Source of the DNA: a virus | Lineage: Duplodnaviria; Caudoviricetes | IMG/VR virus record: IMGVR_UViG_3300025934_000015 | Location: 32,001-96,000 of that record | Length of the DNA: 64,000 nt | Direction: 5' to 3' (one strand) | In this document: piece by piece, positions 28,601 through 35,363 of the stretch | Position numbering within the stretch: the first letter of the stretch is position 1 | Layout of the letters: every line of letters begins with the position of its first letter | The notes under the pieces: generated by a model | What the model was told of the DNA's origin: nothing | The model's input: only the letters and a program-made list of their open reading frames with translations | Databases searched by the model: none | Made by a program: the position numbers and the translations under genes

Positions 28601-31600
28601 GATGCGAAGGGAGTGGTCGATGCGGGTCCGGAATTTATTGATCATCTGGCATCACGCGGTATCACGAGTACACGTGTGGACGTCCCCTCGGCGTCCCTGC
28701 GGCCCAGTCAGGCGCAACTCGACGGTCCCAAAATCGCCAAGCGCATGGTCCAGAAGGACTACCGGCCCAGTAGTCCGATCTTTATCTCACGTGACGGTTA
28801 CATCGTGGATGGCCACCACCGTTGGGCAGCCGTGGTCGGCCGCGACGCCGAAGACGGACACTTAGGCGACTCCACGATCCGCGCCTACAAGATTGACGCG
28901 CCGATCAGCGAGATCCTGAACATTGCGAAGACCTGGACTAAGACCTTTGGGCTCGAACAGAAGGGGATTGGGCGCGCGGCTGGTGGACCCGGGAGCGGGA
29001 ATTTCGGCCATAGCGGACGGCCGGGTGAAGTCGGTGGATCGTCCAGTGAGGGCGGATCAGCCGTCACGAAAAGTACGCCGTTCAAACGATGGTTCAAACA
29101 ATCCAAAGTCGTCGACGCGGAAGGCAAACCGCTGGTCGTCTACCACGGTACGACGCATGACTTCGACACGTTTGAACCGGCGGGCTCGGATAAGTACAAC
29201 ATCGAATCCGACTTCGGCGCAGCCGCCTATTTCTCCAACTCCGCGTCGGATGTATCCGAAAACTACGCAGGTGTAGGGCCGGATCTCACGAGCCGTCTGG
29301 AACAGCGTGCCGACCAACTGACGAGCGAGAACGACGAGCTGGATCATGAGGCCGCACTGAAGCAGGCGCGCGAGGAGTTAGTGGGCCGGAGCGGCGCGCT
29401 GGGCGTGCCCGTCTATCTGTCGATGCAAAACCCCTTTGTGCTGGGGGACGCGTACGACGAGGATCATCCGGTCAAGGAAACCTACCTCACGCACGAGTAT
29501 GTCTACGACGATCCCAATGACCCCGATTCTGACATCGTGGGTGAGGAAGGCACGCTCGTCGACTTTATCACCGCGTTGAAGGATGAGGCTGGGCAGTTCC
29601 ACGATACCGAAGGCGTTGATGACTTCCTGACGAAGTTAGCGGATAACAGCTTTGATGGCATGCACGCCAGTGAACTCGACAAACTGTGGCGCACCACGGA
29701 AACGACTGCCTATGTGACCGACGATCAGGGGCGGCTGGCAGGCAACGAACTCTATCGACGTGCGCTGGAGCGCGCAGGGTTCGATGGCGTGATTGACCGC
29801 TCGGTCGATACGAAGTTTGGCTCGGCACGGCGCATTGGTAAGCAGATGATCGGTGTGACTGCCGATACCGAACATTACATCGTCTTCAAACCCCAGCAGA
29901 TTAAGTCCGCTATCGGGAATCGGAAGTTTAACCCGAAGAGTCCCGTGATCACGCTCGGTGGTCCGGGCTCCGGCAACTTCGGTCACGCCGGACGGCCCGG
30001 TGAAGTCGGGGGCTCTGGCGTAGGCGACAGTACCGCGCACTTACCGGAATCGGTCGCGTATGTCCTGCGGGCGCGCGAACAGAAATTAAAGGAACTTGAC
30101 TACGAAGCCGCCGCTATTCTCTCACCTACGGGCGAGGTGGTGAATTATATCTCCAGTTACGCGAAGGACTACATCACGATCGATGAAAAGTTGAAGCCAA
30201 GTTTGGCCGATACCATCTTTACCCACAATCATCCGGGCAGTAACGGTCTGAGTCTGGCGGACGGCGACGTGGCGGTTAACCTGAATATCCGCGAGATACG
30301 AGCGATTGGCGCGGATGGGCGTGTGCATAGTCTGCGACGCGAGGGCGACCGTTGGCCGGACAATTTTATGGCCCTGGTGCGTGTGGCGGACTATGAAACG
30401 CAAAAGACCTTTTCTGAGGAGATCCGCGCCGGACACATGACGATGCAGGAGGCCAATGCGAAGCACTACGATCATGTGTACGCAACGGCTGTAGCAAAAA
30501 TCCCTGGTGTCGCGTTCGTGATGGCTCCCAGTCTGCCGGTGGTCTCGGAGGTCCATGTCTGAGATCATTTTGATTGACGATCGTGAGTTCCGGATCCCGG
30601 TCTACACCGAGGAGAGTGTCCGCACACTCGGCGGTCCCGGCTCGGGCAACTTCGGCCACAGCGGACGCCCTGGCGAGGTGGGGGGCTCCGCGCCCGAGGA
30701 CGGACCGGCCATCGGTGGCAGCATCCGCGCGCAAAAAGAGGAAGGCGTGCGCCGCGTCGAAGCGCTCCTCGACAAGGCGGTCAAGTCGGCGGACTTTACG
30801 GTCGCGGGTGACGAGAGTTATACCGAAGACGATTTGACCTGGAGTGATTTCTCCAGTACGCAGCAGGATCGCGCATTTGAAAATTTCCGTGACCAGTCCT
30901 ATAACGAAGGCGTGGAGGTTGATGATAGCGAGATCATCAGTGACCTCTACAAGGACTTATACCGCGATAACGAGAAGGTCGTCGAGGAGGCTTCACAGAA
31001 GTTAATCGACGACATCAATAATCCGGAGTCCACGGTTCAGGCGTTTCAGCAGACGACCGAACTGCCGTTTACCACGGAGAGTGGCGAGCCCGCGCCGGTG
31101 GTGCAGCGGTTCTATCTCGATCCCGACACGATCGAAGCGGAAGAAGATACGGGCGATGGCGCGCCCCTCAATGAGGACGCCCTGCGTCTGACCAATGGTG
31201 AGGAGCTGACGCCCCAACAAAAAGAAGCCGTGGACATGCTCTGGTCCCATCACTACGAAGCGGAGATGGACAAGGCCAAGGAGCGGGTGACCGAGAGTGA
31301 CGAATACTCCGAGCGCCGCAATGAGTTAGAGTCTGAGGAGATCGATAGTCAGTGGAATAACATGTCCGACTCGAAGAAGATCGACTATCTCGATCAAAAC
31401 GACAAGGACGCTGCACTCGAAGAGAAGGCTGGTACCGGAACTGAAACCTTAGACAACTCCGAACCCGATAACTGGATTGTCGATACGGAAGTCGAGGAAT
31501 CCACCGGCCGCGCCACGGATGAGAGCAAGCGGGAGGACTACGACAAGACCCGCATTCTCGCGCGGAAGCTGGCCGAACTGCGCACATCGGAGATCCTAAC

Positions 31601-33584
31601 TGAACGCGGGTTAAGTACGACGGGCGCGGCGGACATTCCCCGCAGTGTGTGGGAGGCGTGGAAAGGATCGTCGACGAGCGACTTAGGATTGGCATTGCAG
31701 TTAGCCGCCGCGGAAGAACTCGGTGGACACCATCGGCTGAATGAGCGGGAAGTGAGTCACGCACGACAAATCGCGGATCAGCAATTTGGTATTCAGGTGC
31801 CGTTTGCAGATTTACCCAAGGCAACACAAGATCAGGCGCATGAACGCTACGTACGTGAATTTGCGGACTACGAGGTGCAGAGTTTCAAAACGCAAAACGA
31901 TAACGCAAAAGTGCCCTACACCGAAGCCGATGTCCAAGCCTACCGTCAGAAGGCGGAGGATCGGTGGGAAAAAGGGTGGGAGTCACTGTCTGGATATGGT
32001 AAGACGCAGTACGCGAAGGAAAAAGGTCTGGACCAGAATCAGTCCGGCATGGAGCGCCTGAAAGCCTACACCCGCGCGCAGTGGGAGACTACGCAATTCC
32101 TGATGGAGAAGGCCGAAAAGCCCTACGCGGAAGTCTATCGCGGTATCATTCTCCCCAAGGACGATCTCGACAAGACCACCAATCTGACGGTCCCGCATCC
32201 TGATCGACCGACATTCGCGACCGACGCCGATCGTGAGAAGTACGAAAAGTATTACAAGCAGAATCTGCCGGACTATGTGCAGCTCCCGGATATCGAGATC
32301 AAACGCAATGGTGCATCATCCACGTCATCGAATGCTGACGTGTCGAATAATTGGGGCGGCGCGGGTGGGTGGAAGGAACAGCCTCGGGGATCACAGCGCG
32401 TGGTCCTGCGCTTCCAGGCTCCGGCCACCTCGCTGATTTCGATTCCGGTGTTTGGCCAGAACCTGCACAACGAATCCGAGTACGTGCTGATCGGCACGAA
32501 GGACAAATGGAACTGGGACGCGTGGCGCGGCAAGGCCCCCACGTTCGAGCAGCATCCGATTGGCGGACGAAAGGTGTCTGGCGTGAAAGCGGCGGAAGAA
32601 AAGAAAATGCTCGTCATCGACATGGCCGAGCACGACAAGGGCCCGCACTGGTTGACCGAGTACCGGGACCAGCGCGCGAAACCCCGCTATGCCAAACGTC
32701 GGCCCGAGACGGCTGTCCACGCCGCGGCCGATGCGCATGTCGAAGTGATGCGGTCCGCGGCGGTCAAGGCCTTCAAGGCTGGACGCGCGGCGTTGAACGT
32801 GCCGCTCTTGCGGTCGGCACTGACCTCAGGCAATCGGACCAGGGCAGTCAAGGCCGTGGCTGCTGTCCCTGGTGCGATCCGCGCGAGCCTCCTGAAATCG
32901 TTGCCGGGTCTGCTGTTGAAGATGGCCGCGAAGGGCGGACAGGCGAGCCTCAACACCTTGCGCGTGCGTACGCGCACGATCCGGCATGCCGAACGACGCG
33001 CCGCGCGTGCGGCCGGTCTCGCAGAACCCCGCTACGCCGCCATCGAGTTTGACTGGGGCTTCGATGACAGTAATCCGCGCGCCCAGAAGTGGGCCCGTGA
33101 GCACGCCGCGGAGTTGGCTAAGGGCATTTCCGACACCACGCGGGACGATATTGCGGATGCCCTGGTCGCCGCGTTCGACGAAGGCGGCGATACCAATACG
33201 TTGATTGAATCCATTAGTGAAGCTGTAGGCGACGAGGATCGAGGCGAGTTGATTGCCGTGACGGAACCGATGATCGCTGTGCACGAAGGTCAACGCGAGG
33301 CATGGCGACAGGCAGTTGACGAAGGGGGACTGCCCCCGGACGCCCAGCGCGAATGGATCACGACCGGCGACATGAAGGTCTGTCCTGAGTGTGAGTCGTT
33401 AGAGGGCACGACCGCTGACGTGGACGGGCTCTATCCGGATCCTGGCGGCGAAGGCCCACCACTTCACCCTCGGTGCCGCTGCACGGAAGGTATTGCGGCC
33501 CCGCGTGCGCGCGGGCGCGGACTCGGCGGTCCCGGCAGTGGCAACTTCGGTCACGGCGGACGCCCTGGACAGATTGGTGGGTCA
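24114..33584 (+). repeat. 12 dispersed in-frame copies of the 20-aa tag GG[PS]GSGNFGHxGRPG[EQ][VI]GGS
   Basis: 60-nt copies start at 24114, 24531, 25404, 25751, 26342, 26990, 27713, 28205, 28982, 29957, 30630, 33525; third codon positions vary freely. Confidence 0.97.
25676..30562 (+). CDS. polyvalent head-module protein B: four ART-like domains, one ParB/Srx-like, one JAB-like, one unknown; 7 tag copies
   Basis: FHGT..I..GL; HVT..N..I..EGL; YHNS..GAYF..GYD..EY; VYHGT..YF..GFDG..VF.P.QIKS; DGHHRW; E..THNHP..S..D. Confidence 0.85.
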   Translation: MIQLPLSPDVGARVLTQALLRLRLLGGPGSGNFGHSGRPGEVGGSSGERQPQGDEEDNDLKARTFFHGTHSLSVQDILQQGLLVGHAGKMWPSFSSREHTYITTDHDNAEHWAESAVQKMKIDHRDAEIYPVILTVRVPPEYARRVVQDSHFPEPGSPARQFKGNIHPSWIIGAKMGAWDDDADGIVWKDVSRSSPMPRAAADADTIIHIVLLLTSKKLRTAGGPGSGNFGHSGRPGQVGGSSSALTDSTTHPADMSFEQFQKPVPLPPVPEGHIRLSHVTSAENVPNILREGLKQSKSKGASYGEPSVVWATTHGETWGGALDANAREIIFDMPTKDVSSAGTLHRMADVPPEAIVSVERAGFSDVSTGALTLRQERKHEDLNTRRQYWEAYQREKPKSPLPFRPPGVYDEKGRLIAPVQSQPHARPSGPWDMNRAAGGPGSGNFGHSGRPGQVGGSTSGDDARIDNLESFDKIQVGDYTVRRDMYGMWVVYNDHSHAAFEDAQGAKLYLRSKQTAVNADPHTLDVPVSIYHNSPDQFAENKPTFGAYFGDEHFLKAFPNEWGEHTYKVTLPKGSKVLDLGKDTPEAREFMATVAGIAYPKDPGIADWQARLRQGDPAASSYDEFYEAWTDKKNILGALKQHKGYDAVRYQSEYVLPPETLKKLKGTKLKTAEVFRTLGGSGSGNFGHAGRPGEVGGSVTEGGPNGESEPLHAGPRIGFVTPTGQERVASKTSGGIGGYGEDHTDLARRLMDDENGGVQPALKQGYLRYWVRNGEIALNFKSGQPNTASNALRFIKENVQDGDRIYLDIEHPHGDNVTLGGFFDNPREANQAIRRAGGLKTLGGPGSGNFGHTGRPGEVGGSSGGELGPRPTPIKVSKVKDAIPLILQGKVVELPNVRKVNVLMQRLAKIAKDAKRQGKDAPSYDACQIVVPGSNIFCGQHLVTKEYPNGMPRIVMPQFASEPIPGTPADKLPRDAKGVVDAGPEFIDHLASRGITSTRVDVPSASLRPSQAQLDGPKIAKRMVQKDYRPSSPIFISRDGYIVDGHHRWAAVVGRDAEDGHLGDSTIRAYKIDAPISEILNIAKTWTKTFGLEQKGIGRAAGGPGSGNFGHSGRPGEVGGSSSEGGSAVTKSTPFKRWFKQSKVVDAEGKPLVVYHGTTHDFDTFEPAGSDKYNIESDFGAAAYFSNSASDVSENYAGVGPDLTSRLEQRADQLTSENDELDHEAALKQAREELVGRSGALGVPVYLSMQNPFVLGDAYDEDHPVKETYLTHEYVYDDPNDPDSDIVGEEGTLVDFITALKDEAGQFHDTEGVDDFLTKLADNSFDGMHASELDKLWRTTETTAYVTDDQGRLAGNELYRRALERAGFDGVIDRSVDTKFGSARRIGKQMIGVTADTEHYIVFKPQQIKSAIGNRKFNPKSPVITLGGPGSGNFGHAGRPGEVGGSGVGDSTAHLPESVAYVLRAREQKLKELDYEAAAILSPTGEVVNYISSYAKDYITIDEKLKPSLADTIFTHNHPGSNGLSLADGDVAVNLNIREIRAIGADGRVHSLRREGDRWPDNFMALVRVADYETQKTFSEEIRAGHMTMQEANAKHYDHVYATAVAKIPGVAFVMAPSLPVVSEVHV

Positions 33585-34028
33585 TCTAGCGATGATGAAG
33601 GGGATGACGAAACGCCCGCCACGACCATTAGTGGGAAAGACCTTAAGGAAAACATGACCGGCGATCTGGCAGCCGTGGCCCAAAAGGTCTACGACGAGTG
33701 GCAGGTCGATCCGAATCAGCCGGAGAACGATGACCTCTGTGGTGGTGGGATTTGTCATCTGATTGCCGATGAAATGGTTGGCCATCTGTCAGACAAAGGC
33801 ATCGAGGCAACCACCGTCAGCTCGCAGATTGGGGAACAGCATGTCTGGGTCGTCGCGAAGTTAGCAGATGGTGTGTACTCCATCGACATCCCGCCCGGCA
33901 CGTACGAAACGGGCGGCGGTTATTCGTGGCAGAAAATTCCTGACGTGACGATCGATAAGCGGGACGTCGTGGTGGATCTCGTCTCTCCGAATCCCGAGAA
34001 GTTCACCGAGTTCACCGACGAGGGTTAA
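30555..34028 (+). CDS. MuF (SPP1 gp7-like) minor head protein C fused to an R-S-E ADP-ribosyltransferase and a C-terminal Cys-His-Asp domain; 2 tag copies
   Basis: YRG...SSTS...ESEY; WITTGD.KVCPEC..LEG...PPLHPRCRC; GICH...HVWV...ID. Confidence 0.88.
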   Translation: MSEIILIDDREFRIPVYTEESVRTLGGPGSGNFGHSGRPGEVGGSAPEDGPAIGGSIRAQKEEGVRRVEALLDKAVKSADFTVAGDESYTEDDLTWSDFSSTQQDRAFENFRDQSYNEGVEVDDSEIISDLYKDLYRDNEKVVEEASQKLIDDINNPESTVQAFQQTTELPFTTESGEPAPVVQRFYLDPDTIEAEEDTGDGAPLNEDALRLTNGEELTPQQKEAVDMLWSHHYEAEMDKAKERVTESDEYSERRNELESEEIDSQWNNMSDSKKIDYLDQNDKDAALEEKAGTGTETLDNSEPDNWIVDTEVEESTGRATDESKREDYDKTRILARKLAELRTSEILTERGLSTTGAADIPRSVWEAWKGSSTSDLGLALQLAAAEELGGHHRLNEREVSHARQIADQQFGIQVPFADLPKATQDQAHERYVREFADYEVQSFKTQNDNAKVPYTEADVQAYRQKAEDRWEKGWESLSGYGKTQYAKEKGLDQNQSGMERLKAYTRAQWETTQFLMEKAEKPYAEVYRGIILPKDDLDKTTNLTVPHPDRPTFATDADREKYEKYYKQNLPDYVQLPDIEIKRNGASSTSSNADVSNNWGGAGGWKEQPRGSQRVVLRFQAPATSLISIPVFGQNLHNESEYVLIGTKDKWNWDAWRGKAPTFEQHPIGGRKVSGVKAAEEKKMLVIDMAEHDKGPHWLTEYRDQRAKPRYAKRRPETAVHAAADAHVEVMRSAAVKAFKAGRAALNVPLLRSALTSGNRTRAVKAVAAVPGAIRASLLKSLPGLLLKMAAKGGQASLNTLRVRTRTIRHAERRAARAAGLAEPRYAAIEFDWGFDDSNPRAQKWAREHAAELAKGISDTTRDDIADALVAAFDEGGDTNTLIESISEAVGDEDRGELIAVTEPMIAVHEGQREAWRQAVDEGGLPPDAQREWITTGDMKVCPECESLEGTTADVDGLYPDPGGEGPPLHPRCRCTEGIAAPRARGRGLGGPGSGNFGHGGRPGQIGGSSSDDEGDDETPATTISGKDLKENMTGDLAAVAQKVYDEWQVDPNQPENDDLCGGGICHLIADEMVGHLSDKGIEATTVSSQIGEQHVWVVAKLADGVYSIDIPPGTYETGGGYSWQKIPDVTIDKRDVVVDLVSPNPEKFTEFTDEG

Positions 34029-34181
34029 ATGGACATTACCATCAACGGCCAACACGGTATCGTCACGTACTGGGATAGTAAGTGGCATCTGGCCGATCAG
34101 CCACAGGCGGTCATGGCCCAAGTACGGTTCGACGATGGCCGTGTGGTGTTGTATCACGTGAACGCGCTTCCACACAAGTGA
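34029..34181 (+). CDS. small hypothetical protein (50 aa)
   Basis: GAGGG RBS; abuts both neighbours; not in the ORF track. Confidence 0.5.
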   Translation: MDITINGQHGIVTYWDSKWHLADQPQAVMAQVRFDDGRVVLYHVNALPHK

Positions 34182-34435
34182 TGCACGTGGAACAGTGGTT
34201 TGCGGACCCGACAAAAGTTGGAGTCACCGTCTTATTGTTGATGGCGGTCGTAGCCTATTCACGCGAGTGGGTCGTCTCCGGCGTGACCTACACGAAGCAG
34301 ATCGCGGAGAAGGATAAACAAATTGCTGCCCTAACAGCCGAACGTGATGAATTCAAACAGATGGTCATCACAAGTCTTAATATAACTGAGCGGACGCAGC
34401 GAGTCCGGGGTGGCGCATTACTCCCGAAGCAATAA
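34181..34435 (+). CDS. small membrane protein, holin-like
   Basis: TM helix, WVV motif, coiled coil. Confidence 0.55.
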   Translation: MHVEQWFADPTKVGVTVLLLMAVVAYSREWVVSGVTYTKQIAEKDKQIAALTAERDEFKQMVITSLNITERTQRVRGGALLPKQ

Positions 34436-34436
34436 C

Positions 34437-34643
34437 ATGAACGAATGGATCCGGACCCTGCGAACCTGGCTCCACAAGGGACAGCCTATGCCAGATACTC
34501 CGACCCGATCGGACCCGGACAAGGAAGACTTGGCGCGACGCATTCAAGATGCGCAGTCGCGTTTACACCGATTGGAATGGGAGGCGGATGTCATGCGCCG
34601 GCGACAGATACCGCCCGATCAGAAAGAAAACGAACAATGTTAG
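34437..34643 (+). CDS. hypothetical protein
   Basis: fills the gap between coupled genes. Confidence 0.5.
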   Translation: MNEWIRTLRTWLHKGQPMPDTPTRSDPDKEDLARRIQDAQSRLHRLEWEADVMRRRQIPPDQKENEQC

Positions 34644-35209
34644 ATCGAATTTTCGCTCATGCGACACCAGTGGAAGGGATCTTTACGGTCGTGTCGATCG
34701 CATCGGCGGCGGTGTCGTGGTACGCACTTCGGAACGCGATGATTGATGCAGCCGTGCAGACGGCCGCAAAGATCAATGGCCCTCGTCGATTGGTGGCAGA
34801 GAATAACATTCATCAGGAGCAACTGCGATTGGCGGTCTCGGTCGTCATGGTGTTGGCATCGATTTCGTTCTTATTTCTCGAGCCACCGCCGCCGCAGTAT
34901 TGGCTCCTGCCGCAGTCCCTGGTGGGACTGATTGCGTGGATTCTGGTCGCGACCATTATCATGCTGTCCTCCTTAGTCGATAAGTCGATTCGCCATAAGC
35001 TGCAAAAGTACGCGCCTATTGAAGTGACCACGAAGTCAGTCACGGTTCCGCCTCCGCTCAATGAGTTTGGCGAGCCGGGATCCCCCAAGGATCTCATGGA
35101 CGTGTCGATGGCCATCCGTGCGGATTCGGCGCGTGCCGTCGAGGGTCGCCGGTCCGATGATTCCGTCGGACGACGCGCCACGGATAAACCCGCTATCGAG
35201 GAGAAATAA
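34637..35209 (+). CDS. three-TM membrane protein with GRRSDD/GRRATD tail
   Basis: three hydrophobic helices; ATG 34637 overlaps the previous gene. Confidence 0.65.
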   Translation: MLDRIFAHATPVEGIFTVVSIASAAVSWYALRNAMIDAAVQTAAKINGPRRLVAENNIHQEQLRLAVSVVMVLASISFLFLEPPPPQYWLLPQSLVGLIAWILVATIIMLSSLVDKSIRHKLQKYAPIEVTTKSVTVPPPLNEFGEPGSPKDLMDVSMAIRADSARAVEGRRSDDSVGRRATDKPAIEEK

Positions 35210-35210
35210 C

Positions 35211-35363
35211 ATGGGATTACTTGAAGTGTTGATCCTTGTGATCTTCCTGCTATGGCTGGCAGGCTTTGGATTCGGCGTGGCCGGATCCTTGATCCACGTC
35301 CTGCTGATCCTTCTAATCATTCTCGTCATTGTGCGATTACTTCAAGGACGGAACGTACTATGA
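35211..35363 (+). CDS. lmo0937/DUF5670-like small membrane protein
   Basis: LLWLAGF....GSLIHVLL.......RLLQGR signature; GAGGAG RBS. Confidence 0.75.
   Translation: MGLLEVLILVIFLLWLAGFGFGVAGSLIHVLLILLIILVIVRLLQGRNVL

Noticed and set aside
24531-28981. Plasmid-prophage partition system
   Set aside because: ParB-like domains are embedded cargo modules without HTH; no ParA or parS seen.
24114-33584. Tag repeats as a CRISPR array or DNA-level repeat element
   Set aside because: Spacing is 0.3-2.9 kb, all copies are in frame, and variation is mostly synonymous, so selection acts on the peptide; no cas genes.
23538-34028. Inteins or self-splicing elements between tags
   Set aside because: No C/S...HN-C/S/T intein ends or LAGLIDADG motifs seen at module borders.
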